Shown here in pieces: positions 1-11,110 of a DNA stretch of 33,903 nt (position 1 is its first letter; the number at the start of each line of letters is the position of its first letter). Location: positions 100,826,592 to 100,860,494 of the forward strand of contig NC_068982.1 in the NCBI RefSeq assembly GCF_001194135.2. The letters run 5' to 3'. The notes beneath the pieces were generated by a model. The model was not told where the DNA came from. It saw only the letters and a list, made by a program, of their open reading frames with translations, and searched no databases. The stretch comes from Octopus bimaculoides (taxonomy: Eukaryota). The position numbers and the translations under genes were made by a program.

Positions 1-1
1 C

Positions 2-310
2 GGTCTTCATACTCTTAATTGCTTTATCTACCCTGGTACTATCAACTCGGATAGCTGGTCCCTCTATTGGGTCGACATACGGCAGGCTCTCTTTCTCCCA
101 TTCATTCTCTTTATTAAGCAATCTATCGTAGTGGCATCTCCAGACCTCTTTCTTTGCATCCTCATTTAATGCAAGCGTACCATCATCCATGCGAACACAT
201 TTCTCTCCTACAACATCACTATTCTCTCTCCTACACTGTCTTGCAACACGAAATACCTCGAGTCTTTGGTCCTCACGGCGCAGAACATTGGCAAATCTTT
301 CCTTATCACT
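2..310 (-). mobile_element. RTE-clade LINE ORF fragment (linker between endonuclease and RT), 5'-truncated or interrupted, runs off the left edge
   Basis: Manual minus-strand translation gives 103 stop-free codons: SDKERFANVLRREDQRLEVFRVARQCRRENSDVVGEKCVRMDDGTLALNEDAKKEVWRCHYDRLLNKENEW...VDKAIKSMKT. The 'W..HY..LLN' and 'V..AIK.MK.(G)' motifs are typical of RTE LINE ORFs just before the RT domain. A TAA lies immediately upstream. Not listed in the ORF track. Confidence 0.85.
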
Positions 311-750
311 TTATGGATGCAAAACCATTGGTCACTCTATGACCAAACATATATTTAACTGAACATGTAAATATAAACACACACACACACAAACATACTC
401 ACACACACATACACACAGATAAGACAACATGTTCTGCCATCTGTCTATCAAACTAAATGCATATATACCATTGAAAGACATGATACTGTGAGTTTTGTCT
501 GAGAAAAAAATCTCTTCATTGACTAGTGTTAAAACACATATAGCACATGGAGTGGGGGAAAGATCCTAGTAGCAGTAACTCATGAGAAATGAAGCAGAGA
601 TGTTTCACTTTACTTTAGGCTTGTCAATACCACACACCCATTTGTCACTTGTTCAGATAAAATCTGTGCATCACAATATTGGAAACAGCAAATAATAGAT
701 TCGTTGATATTGTGGAAAGCTCAAAGGATTGTAAAAGACTTGGATAAATA

Positions 751-902
751 CAGAGTGATCCAAAAGTCACGAGAAAACAAGTTCAGTATGCTCCAGAATT
801 GTTAAAGACATGTTTCAATTTTTCTAAAGTTGAATAAAATGAATAAAATAATAATGAATACACATGTACTTGTACATGATGAGCAAAATGACTACTACTA
901 CA

Positions 903-960
<58 letters not shown>

Positions 961-1050
961 ATAATAATAATAATAATGATAATAAACAACAACAGCCTAA
1001 TATAAATAAAATGTCAACTATTTTTGATGTGTGACTTTTGGCCTACCCTG
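751..1050. mobile_element. Tc1/mariner-type MITE, copy 1, with internal (CTA)n/(ATA)n microsatellite
   Basis: TA flanks at 749-750 and 1051-1052. Imperfect 20-bp TIRs: CAGAGTGATCCAAAAGTCAC (751-770) vs revcomp CAGGGTAGGCCAAAAGTCAC (1031-1050), 16/20 matching. Internal sequence matches 22854-23588. Confidence 0.8.
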
Positions 1051-1318
1051 TACACACATACAGACATGTTTTACAGACACAGATATGCATTTGCATGTAT
1101 ATCTATACATGCAGGTGTGCAAATATTAACATACATTCAAATGAACATATATCAGACAAAATATACACATACAAAAATATTAGGGTTCATGGTAATTGAA
1201 GGGGTTTCTGCTGATGCTCAGAAAATAACCAGATTCCTGTTGCATATGTACATATATATATATATATATATACATACATACATACATACATACATACATA
1301 CATACATACATACATACC

Positions 1319-1375
<57 letters not shown>

Positions 1376-1766
1376 GCAAATATGCATGCATAAATATATA
1401 CATATATATACATGCTGTCATGTATGTGTGCATACATACAGAGGTACATATCTGTCTGTGTGGCTGTGTATATGCATATACGCTGACATATATACACATA
1501 TACATTACATATGTGTGTATCATTGTCATCATCATCAGTTTTCCATTTGCTCTTCCATATTGGCATGTGTGTAGTGGGTATGTGAATGTGAGTATGAATG
1601 TGTGTGTGTGTGTGTGTGTGTGTATGCAAGTTGGATCTTTTATATGTATACTTATAATATATCTTTTGTATTTCATCTATTTAATACACTTTATATATTG
1701 ATCTGGCTAATTTACTTATCCCTACATTCACTTATATATACATATATATATATATATATATTATAT

Positions 1767-2124
1767 GGGTGCAGGAATGGCTGTGTGGTAAGTAGCTTGC
1801 TTGCCAACCACATGGTTCTGGGTTCAGTCCCATTGCACATCACCTTGGGCAAGTGTATTCTACTACAGCTTCGGCCGACCAAAGTCTTGTGAGTGGATTT
1901 GGTAGACAGAAACTGAAAGAAGCCTGTCATATATCTATATATATGAATGTGTGTCAACATCACTTGACAACTGATGCCAGTGTGTTTACATCCCCGTAAC
2001 TTAGTGGTTCGGCAAAAGTACTAGGCTTAGAAAGTATAAGTCCCGAGTTGATTTGCTTGACTAAAAGCGGTGCTCCAGCATGGCCGCAGCCAAATGACTG
2101 AAACAAGTAAAAGAATAAAAGAAT
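1767..2124 (+). mobile_element. tRNA-derived SINE, family A (GGAGTGGCTGTGTGG head; internal (TA)n; GTAAAAGA tail)
   Basis: A-box-like TGGCTGTGTGG and B-box-like GGTTCAGTCCC. About 10 further copies in the window. Confidence 0.85.
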
Positions 2125-2147
2125 ATATATATATATATGTATATAAC

Positions 2148-2217
<70 letters not shown>

Positions 2218-2762
2218 ACACACACACATACATACACATATTCTTTCAGTCTGCGGAGAAATGGCTAAAAGTTGCCGTTTATAATTATACCATATGTTAT
2301 GTGTGTGTGTGTGTGTGCATTTATATATATTCATTAATGTGTTTATATGTGTTTGTTTGAGCATACAGGTGTGGAAGTCATGAATGCTGGATAAACAAAT
2401 TTCATCAAAGAAAAGAAACAAAAACAGAGTGAGAGAGAGTCAGTCTGATAGACAGGCATGGGGTTGGTGGAAAGGGAGAGAAGGATGCAAAGGATTTGTG
2501 TTGATATGATAATCAGGCAAGAAGACATTTTTGCTGGGAGCTTTGGAAAATCTCATTGGAAATTCAAGATTTGTCATTTTGTTTTTATTTCTGTTTTACT
2601 ATTTATTAATATATTCTGTTAATTAACATTTTCAACAATTTAATGAAATACCTAGAAGTATTTTGTCTTGTCCCTCCTCCATCACCTACCTACTACCATG
2701 TCTAGGGAGATATTAACTAAAATACTGTTTACATGAGGTTTTGTCACTAATTAAGAAATCAT

Positions 2763-2794
<32 letters not shown>

Positions 2795-2796
2795 GC

Positions 2797-2833
<37 letters not shown>

Positions 2834-2845
2834 TACATACATACA

Positions 2846-2904
<59 letters not shown>

Positions 2905-2941
2905 CAAATGAAAGACAGAAGATGGAATATACGAGAATATA

Positions 2942-3057
2942 TTATTAATCACAACAATTGTTTCGACACATCTAGCATCGACTCCTCTTGTGGGACACAC
3001 AAAAACTGGTTCAGGAGTATCCAGTGGTGCAGACGTATCTCGTCAGGTGATAAATAA
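2942..3057 (-). ncRNA. Type I hammerhead ribozyme motif HHR1 (canonical core, extended stem II)
   Basis: Minus strand reads: stem I 5' TTATTTATCAC (3057-3047), core CTGACGA (3046-3040), stem II GATACGTCT (3039-3031) pairing with AGATGTGTC (2973-2965) including the G10.1-C11.1 pair, GAAA (2964-2961), palindromic stem III ACAATTGT, cleavage triplet GUU, stem I 3' GTGATTAATAA (2952-2942). Stem I is 5 bp + 1 mismatch + 5 bp. Confidence 0.72.
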
Positions 3058-3326
3058 AAAAAAATCTCATTAAAATGACTGTTCCATAATGCACCTTTCC
3101 GTTTTGTAGAGAGAAAAACAGCCAGACAGAGGAAAATTCTTCATATATATAGAAGATCCAAAAATAAAATTGCAGAAGACAAAAAGAGAAACGAACACTT
3201 AATCCAGCAAGAAAAGCACATACATAGACTCCCTCTAATAAATACATGCGTACACAAATTCTGACATACACTCACACACATAAATCTCTCTCTTTCTCCA
3301 TAATACACACACACACATACCATATA

Positions 3327-4476
3327 CAGGGTGCGATGGGTAAATTGTCACCATTTTATATTTTTAATTTCACGCATGTGCATTGTTTGTTTTTGATATT
3401 GTTGACTACACAGTATAGTAGGGTCCACTGGGCATCATCTGTGAGAAAAACAGCACCATGACACAATTCACTCCTGCTAGAAATTTGGAAACAGCATGCT
3501 TGGCATTTGCACTGGAAGCTCCAACACTAACATTTCAGAGAGCTTGGGTGTCAATCTGAAGACAGTGCAGAGGATTCAGAAAGAGGTGGATGAATCTAAT
3601 GGTGATTACAAAGGTATGACAGCTTGGAAAACTCACTCTGGTTGTTCTGATAAAAAAGAAACTCACGATTGACAATGATCCCTTCAAGTCAATCAGGTCT
3701 ATCTCCAGGGACATAGTTGTGTCTGAGTTTCTTATCTGGTAGGTAGTGCATGAAGACATTTGGTATTCTTCATACAAGATGAGAAAGAGCCAATTTTTAT
3801 CATCAAGCCATCAAAGAAAATAGGAAAGACCATGCATCCCCTCTAACTGAACATATTTTGGTTTTTCTCAGACAAGAAAAATTTCTGCCAGGATCAGATG
3901 GTGAACATACAGAACAACCATTGACTTGTGTCCCCAAAACATGTACCAAGAGTGATAAAAATCAAACATCCAGTCAACATCATGGTGTTTTGTGTGATCT
4001 CTAGTGATGGCAATGTTATACCTCCATTCATCTTCCCACACAGCTTCAGACTCAACACAGGAGTCTACATCAAGTGCCTGGAGCAGGTAGTGCTGCCTTG
4101 AGTCAAGAGGGTGGCTGCTGGAAAACTATATATCTGGCAACAGGACTGCATCATGCCACACAAGCAGAACAATTTCTGTGACCACATCACCCCTAACATC
4201 TGGCCGCCTAACTCTCCAGACTACCACCCCTTTGATTATTATGTGTGGGGTACAGTTGAGCAAGAGACCAACAAAACTCCTTGTAACACCAAAGATGAAT
4301 TGAAGGCAAGGATTATGGCAGCATTTCCAACCTAAACAAGGAGACTGTCCAGAAGAGATGCAGGAGGTTTTGAAGTCATCTGGAGGCCGTGACTGAAGCC
4401 AAGGCCAATTTTATTGAATAAATTTACTCTTGAGTATTTCAAGATATTTTTAATGCAATTTTGGTAAATATATCTG
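3327..4476 (+). mobile_element. Decayed Tc1/mariner-superfamily DNA transposon (transposase pseudogene)
   Basis: TA followed by CAGGGTG left end at 3325-3333. One frame from about 3859 to 4335 reads WFFSDKKNFCQDQMVN...KHPVNIMVFCVISSDGNVIPPFIFP...YIWQQDC...IWPPNSPDYHPFDYYVWGTVEQETNKTPCNTKDELKARI, with 2 in-frame TGA. The FSD, WQQD and WPPNSPD..PFDY catalytic motifs are present; the 5' part is frameshifted. The right TIR is not recognisable. Confidence 0.92.
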
Positions 4477-5557
4477 TACATATGTATGTATGTATGTATG
4501 TATATGTATGGACACACACATGTATATATATATGTGTGTGTGTGTGTGTGTTTATATATTATATATACATATGTGTTCTTCTTATCAGAAGGGTGAGGGT
4601 TTTTATTGCCTATAAATGTACTGCTGCAACTGAATCAAACTGACTTTATCCTATTTGATGAAAGACCCCCAACCTCTGCCATCACAAATAGTCTACTTTA
4701 AGTCTGGGGGTTAGTTGGTAGATGACATGTGTGTGAGATTGGTTGAATGTTTACTAAAGAGAAGTTGTCTGTATTTACATTAATATAAATATTAGAGAAT
4801 ATTACAGAAGAGTTAGATATGTGCATATATATCCATATGTAAATATGTGTGGGTGTGTTTCATGTGTGCACATATATGTATATGTTCATACGCATTGAAA
4901 GAAATGGACAGAAAGTAATATGAATAGGATACATAAATGCATGGAGGAAACAGAGGTAGTGGAAGGAGGAATAAATATACAAGACAATTATATATATATA
5001 AATATGCATTTATACATAAATATATGTGTGTATTTATGCATATGTGTATGTATATATATATATATATATAGTTCAAATTTATAGGAAAACAAAAGATGAA
5101 GACAGGTGTAAGAACAACAAGCAAATGTGTTAGTTTGATGCTCAGGAAAATGGAAAAGTCTTTTATATATATATATATATATCAAAAACTTTTCCATTTT
5201 CATGAGCGTCAAACTAACACACTAATATATATATATATATTAACATATATAAGTATGCCTATATACATATATATGTGTATGAGTGTATATTTGCATATCT
5301 ATATATGTAAAACTCACACAGGTATATGACCAGTTGGAAATGAAAGTAGTATATATACACACAGATATATAATGAATAACAAAGCATATACATATAAAGA
5401 GAGACAGTGAGGGAGACAGATAGACAGAGGAGATAAGATGGTGTGGGGGTAACAAAAATAAGAGGTAGAAAGGTAGACAGGTTGTTTCGAAAGTATGTGT
5501 AATGCTGATTTATAACATGTAAATAATTCCATTAGATAAAATATACATTCTACTCAC

Positions 5558-5704
5558 TTATGTAACATGTTGTACCAACATAACCTCGCCTCCAAAGTGT
5601 GATATTTAATAATTTTTCAACTTCGTTCACTTTGAACAGATTTTTCTCCATTGAAATGATGGCCCAGTTGAGGTGGAATGGTTGGTTGCTTAAGACGTTA
5701 CCAT
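5558..5704 (-). CDS. FREM2-like: Internal coding exon (147 nt, phase 1/1) of a FRAS1-related extracellular matrix protein, FREM2/FREM3/ECM3-like; end of last CSPG repeat and start of first Calx-beta domain
   Basis: Strong acceptor TTTTTCTTTTCTTTATTTATTTCAG|AT (exon starts 5704) and donor A|GTGAGT (5557-5552). The only open frame reads (x)GNVLSNQPFHLNWAIISMEKNLFKVNEVEKLLNITLWRRGYVGTTCYI(x). From memory this matches the vertebrate FREM2/3 pattern 'GGN.L.(Y/N)Q.F.LNWAWISFEK..Y.V.E....L.V.L.RRGYLGETSFI'. The paralogue assignment needs BLAST. Confidence 0.85.
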
Positions 5705-6120
5705 CTGAAATAAATAAAGAAAAGAAAAATGTTTAGTGATATCATCATCATCATCATCATCATCATCATTATTAATCATTATTGCCATCATATCATCATC
5801 ATCACCTTTGTTGTCGTCATCATCATCATCATTATTGTCATCATGACCACCACCACCACCACCATCGTTACCATCACTACCAATGCCACCACCATCCTGT
5901 CTTTTTGCTACTAGAAGTACATTTTCTACTGCGTCCTTCAATTTTTTTAAAGACCAATAGTTTGTGATTCGAGGGTGATTTGACTGCTATTTCTAACAAC
6001 AGATCATACAAAAAATGCATAGAATTTCCCTTTCTAGGTTATGGTGTATCAGTAATTTTCTAAAGTTGACTTTAGACTAACTATTAAAGCCTGGAAAAAA
6101 ACATATCTGTTCTGGGCAAG

Positions 6121-6330
6121 ATATTGGTTTCAAGTTTTGGAACAAGGCCAGGCATTTGGAGGGGAAGGGGTAAATCAATTACATTAACCCCAGTGTTTAG
6201 CTGGTACTTATTTTGTCAATCCCAAAAGGCAAAGTTGACCCTGGAAGCAGTTGAACTCAGAATGTAAGGTTGGAAGAAATGCTCAGTAGCGTTTCTTCCG
6301 GCACAGTAATGATTCTGTCAGCTTGCTGCA
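6121..6330 (-). mobile_element. SINE family C, diverged copy
   Basis: Matches the GGCAAAGTCGACC...GAATTTGAACTCAG consensus seen at 9013-9244. Confidence 0.75.
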
Positions 6331-6390
6331 TCCAGTAGGGAGGTTTCTTTTACACACAGGCACACACATACTCTCAAAGACACTCACACA

Positions 6391-6520
6391 CATCATCATC
6401 ATCGTTTAATGTCTACTTTCCATGCTAGCATAGGTTGGACGATTTGACTGAGGACTGGCAAACCAGATGGCTGCACCAGGCTCCAATCTGATCTGGCAGA
6501 GTTTCTACAGCCAACCACTC
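6391..6520 (-). mobile_element. Family D retroposon 3' end with (GAT)n tail
   Basis: Reverse complement of 25037-25193 with a short internal deletion. No tRNA head visible. Confidence 0.8.
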
Positions 6521-7679
6521 CAAGTTTTGGCAAGCATGAAATTACTCTTTAGTCACCACTCCTCCCTAGCTTGGGGCAGTATTATCTGTTAGGAACCTTA
6601 GATATGTGTCACATAGCAGATGATAGTCATGTATATAAATCATACAGGACTTTAGGGATAGCTGGATCCTAGATATGTGTCATGCAAACTTACCAGTGTA
6701 TGAAAATGCCTTGATGTCATTTGAACCCTGCCCAAGGATTTTAAATAAGCTCTGTACCTCAAGGGTAAGCTCAGAGAAAAGCAGAAGATAAGCAGAATAA
6801 ACTGTAAATAAATCAGCGAAAGGTAATGGTAATTCATTACCGTATTGTTTTCAAGAAAATTCTTGATTCTTCAGACTTTGACGTGAATGTTAATGATTGA
6901 CAATGCCTGTAAAACAGACATGGTACAAGAAGAAGGAAAAAACACGTTTGACTGCATTTATGTGTATGAGCATGTGTTTGTATATGTATGTGTGTGTGTG
7001 TGTGTGTGTGAGTGTGTGTGTTTGTGTAGTTGAAGGGAGGTGTATTTGGGTAACAGAACAGTAATTATGACAAGATTCCATCCTTACAGCTATTTGACAT
7101 ACATTCCTAGACTTCAGTCTTTACCAAGATTTTGTGTAACCTGTTAGAAGTCGTCATCCAATGCTATTAGAACTATTACGACGATTGTATAAATACCATA
7201 TCAGGTTTGCTTTAAAAGCATTCTAGCTTTCTCAGAACTTGGAATTGGTTTCCTCTCTGACTTTCATTGTTTGAATGTGTTGAATTCTTTGATTCCTCCA
7301 TTCCATTTCACCTCACTTCACTGTGTCCAGTGCCAGCTGAAGTCGTGAAGGTGGAAGGCTGGGAACAATTCAGTGTGTTTGCCCTGTATTTTAGAAATGG
7401 CTGTGGTGGTGGTGTGGAAGGGGTGGAGGTGAGGTCTTTTTACTATGTCACATAAAATTAAGAGAAGTGGACTACACTTTCATGTGGACACTTTCATGTG
7501 GATACAAATATATAATTGTACAAGTTTAACCCTTTAGCATTCAAATTACTTTGTCAAATGTAAAGAAAAGATCCCCTTTGGTCATGAATAACCAAAGGAT
7601 TGCACTTAGAAAGTTCTTCTCCAAGGCACAAGTCCAGGCATTGTTGTTCATGGAAGGCCAGCAGTCACTCATGCATACC

Positions 7680-7896
7680 AGCCTCCCCTCTTCACACCAC
7701 TGGTGTTACCCAAGCGAAAAACAAAGGCTAATACAGCTTGGCACCAGTGACGTCACAACCCATTTCTACAGATGAGTGAACTGGAACAATGTGAAATAAA
7801 GTGTCTTGCTCAAGAACACAGCACACTGCCTGGTCTGGGAATCAAACTCAGTACCTCATGATTGTGAGCCCGACGCTCTAACCACTGAGCCATTGC
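7680..7896 (-). mobile_element. SINE family F (tRNA-like head followed by a TTGAGCAAGACACTT domain)
   Basis: Shares 'GAACTG...GTGAAATAAAGTGTCTTGCTCAAG(A/G)ACAC' with about 15490-15622 and 28995-29135. Confidence 0.65.
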
Positions 7897-8385
7897 TTAT
7901 TTATTCACATTGTTTTGAATTAATCACACATTATCTTCTAGCTCCAAGATTTCTATGGTGTTTTTGTGTATTTTTAGAATGACATTGTAGGCTAGGTGTG
8001 AGATTATTATTTGGGCTGAATATAGCCAGATTAAATGCTAAAGGTTTAAATATATGTGTGTGTGTGTATGTGTTTATCACATACACACACACAGACACAC
8101 ACACAGACACATACACATGACACACACACGACACACGAAACACACACACACATACACACACACGCACACACATGATTGAATAGTTATCTATTAATATTTT
8201 ATTTTAATATATGTAAGTACACGTATGTGTTACGATTGTATATGTGTGTGTATAAAAGTGTTCGAGTGTGTGTGTGTAAGACTATACAGGAGGTGATATT
8301 TACAGATGTACACAAAATGGACATGCCTGTGATTGCATGTATGTGCGTGTGTGAGTGTGTGTGTGTGTGTGTGTGAGAGAGGGGG

Positions 8386-8970
8386 GGATCTTTTTTAAAA
8401 CGGGGGGCCACATTTTTCATTAACGAAACACTTTGAAACTTGGAACACTGGTAGAATGTGTCATATAAAACATCTTTCTCTCTTAGTCTTCTTAAAAAAA
8501 AAAGAAATCCATAAATTATTCCATGTTAAAGTTGTCGTATTTCTGTAATTTCAACCAATCACTGACGTCCATTCAGCCGATATACATTAAGCGCCGACTA
8601 CATAAACAAACGATTCTGAAACAATTAACCCTAACCCTAACCCTANNNNNNNNNNNNNNNNNNNNNNNNNNNNNNNNNNNNNNNNNNNNNNNNNNNNNNN
8701 NNNNNNNNNNNNNNNNNNNNNNNNNNNNNNNNNNNNNNNNNNNNNNNNNNNNNNNNNNNNNNNNNNNNNNNNNNNNNNNNNNNNNNNNNNNNNNNNNNNN
8801 NNNNNNNNNNNNNNNNNNNNNNNNNNNNNNNNNNNNNNNNNNNNNNNNNNNNNNNNNNNNNNNNNNNNNNNNNNNNNNNNNNNNNNNNNNNNNNNNNNNN
8901 NNNNNNNNNNNNNNNNNNNNNNNNNNNNNNNCATTAATGAAAAATGTGGCCCCCGTTTTAAAAAAGATCC
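8386..8970. mobile_element. Inverted-repeat (foldback/MITE-like) element with internal telomere-type (CCCTAA)n repeats
   Basis: Left end GGATCTTTTTTAAAACGGGGGGCCACATTTTTCATTAACG (from 8386) is the reverse complement of 8932-8970, with 1 indel and 1 substitution. Candidate 7-bp TSD GAGGGGG at 8379-8385 and 8971-8977. TAACCCTAACCCTAACCCTA at 8626-8645 runs into a 286-N gap. Confidence 0.8.
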
Positions 8971-9012
8971 GAGGGGGGAGAGGGAATGTAAGAGAGAAAA
9001 AAGAGAGTGTGT

Positions 9013-9244
9013 TATTTCTTTACTACCCACAAGGGGCTACACACAGAGGGGACAAACAAGGACAGACAAACGGATTAAATCGATTATATCAACTCCAGTG
9101 CGTAACTGGTACTTATTTAATCGACCCCGAAAGGATGAAAGGCAAAGTCGACCTCGGCGGAATTTGAACTCAGAACGTAGCAGGCAGACGAAATACCGCT
9201 AAGCATTTCGCCCGGTGTGCTAACGGTTCTGCCAGCTCGCCGCC
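9013..9244 (-). mobile_element. SINE family C, young full-length copy with 16-bp TSD
   Basis: TSD AAAAAAGAGAGTGTGT at 8997-9012 and 9245-9260. Head GGCGGCGAGCTGGCAGAA with B-box-like GAGTTCAAATTCC. Confidence 0.9.
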
Positions 9245-9304
9245 AAAAAAGAGAGTGTGTGACAGAGAGAAGGACTGAGATGGAGTAAGAGAGAGAAAGA
9301 GGTA

Positions 9305-9657
9305 ATGTGTGTGTTGTGTGTGTGTGTGTGTGTGTGATTGTGTGTGTGTGTTATATATGTGATTGTGTGTGTGTATGTATGTGTGTTGTGTGTGTGTATG
9401 TTTGTGTGTGTGCTGTGTGTGTGTATGTTTGTGTGTTGTGTGTGTGTATGTTTTTTTGTGTGCTTATGTGTGTTGCATGCGTGTGTGTGTTGTGTGCATG
9501 TGCTTTGTGTGTGTGTGTTGTGTGTATATGTTTTGTGTGTGTGTGTATGTTTATGTGTGTTGCATGTGTGTGTGTGTGTGTTGTGTGTATATGTTTTGCG
9601 TGTGTGTGTGTGTGTGTATATGTTTTGCATGTGTGTGTGTGTGTGTGTGTGTGTGTG
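9305..9657. repeat. Compound (TG)n/TGTGTATG minisatellite
   Basis: Seen directly. It is the source of the C/V and H/T-rich spurious ORFs. Confidence 0.9.
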
Positions 9658-10016
9658 AGTTAGTAATTGAAGAGTAAGCCACTGAAAATAAGTCACAGGT
9701 TACGTTAAAATGCTGATCTGTCAAACTACCTTATTTTTCTCCTTTCCTTTTTCAAGCGCCCTGTCCAAACACTCATCTATTTTACCATGCTAACTAACAT
9801 TGCTGAGGTGACATTTCAAAGAGTCAAATTCCTCCAAATTCCCCCCCACCCTCACTCCACCACCACCACCTCCACCTCACTATTTTTTCAGTTGGTTCTT
9901 CTGTCAACACTACCAACTTTGATCTAACCCCTCCTAACATTCACCTTACAACAATATCCCACCTTTTTTGGGGATAGTATCATCTAAATAAAGACTTATT
10001 TATTGATTCTGTACAT

Positions 10017-10422
10017 ACAGGAGTGGCTGTGTGGTAAGAAGTTTACTTCCCAATCACATGATTCTGGGTTCAGTCCAACTGTGTGGCACCTTGGGCAAGT
10101 GTCTTCTATTATAGCCGCGAGCTGACTAAAGCCTTGTGAGTGGATTTGGTAGATGGAAACTGAAAGAAGCCTGCCACATATATATATATATCTATGTATG
10201 TATTTGTGTGTCTGTGTCTGTCCCCTCACCACTGCTTGGTAATCAGTGTTGGTGTGTTTGCATCCCCATAACTTAGCGGTTCAGCAAAAGGGACCGTTAA
10301 AATTAGTACTAGGCTTACAAAGAATATGTCTTGGGGGCGGGGGGCAATTTGTTCGACAAAATGCGTTGCTCTAGCATGGCCACAATCAAGTGACTGAAAC
10401 AAGTAAAAGAAAATAAAAGAAA
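10017..10422 (+). mobile_element. SINE family A, full-length
   Basis: Head, internal (TA)n and tail all match 1767-2124. Confidence 0.85.
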
Positions 10423-10469
10423 TAAATACATACATGCATACATATATATATAGACACACACACATATAT

Positions 10470-10700
10470 GCACCTGTGTGGCATCATGTAAAAGTGCACG
10501 TGCAGTGTCACATAAAAGTGCCCATGCAGTGCCATGTAAAAGCGTCCAGCACAGTCTGCAAAGTGGTTGGCATTAGGAAGGGTACCCAGCCATAGAAACC
10601 ATGCCAAACCAGACTAGCGTCGGGTGCAGCTCCCCAGCTGTAGTCAAACCATCCAACCCCCTTCCCAAAATGTGCAACAGACATTAAATGAAAAGATGAG
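10470..10700 (+). mobile_element. Family D retroposon, diverged
   Basis: GTGGTTGGCATTAGGAAGGG...TAGAAACC...AAACCATCCAACCC resembles 25037-25193. Confidence 0.65.
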
Positions 10701-10763
10701 AAAGATATGTATGTCCATTGTAATAATGAAGTTAAACCAAATAGTGATGTTTTAAAATCATTT

Positions 10764-10919
10764 GAGTGGCTGTGTGGTAAGTAGCTTGCTTACGAACCAC
10801 ATGGTTCTGGGTTCAGTCCCACTGCGTGGCACCTTGGGCAAGTGTCTTCTACTATAGCCTCGGGCCGACCAAAGCCTTGTGAGTGGATTTAGTAGACAGA
10901 AACTGATAGAAGCCCATCG

Positions 10920-10920
<1 letters not shown>
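10764..10920 (+). mobile_element. SINE family A, 5' half only
   Basis: Head through AAGCCCATCG, then (TA)n and a junction to an oppositely oriented family A tail. Confidence 0.8.
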
Positions 10921-10950
<30 letters not shown>

Positions 10951-10962
10951 TTAATATTTTTT

Positions 10963-11074
10963 AAAGCTTGGTACTTATTTTATCAGTCTCTTTTTGACAA
11001 ACCGCTAGATTACAGGGATGTAAACAAGCCAATACTGGTTGTCAAGCAGTGGTGGGGACAAACACAGACTCATT

Positions 11075-11110
<36 letters not shown>

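Noticed and set aside
6845-6880. Minus-strand CTGAAGA followed by a CAAGAA/TTCTTG hairpin and GAAA
   Set aside because: No stem I or stem III pairing and wrong register at the stem II base, so not a hammerhead.
8626-8645. True chromosome end or telomere
   Set aside because: The repeat is enclosed by matching inverted repeats with ordinary sequence on both sides, so it is interstitial.
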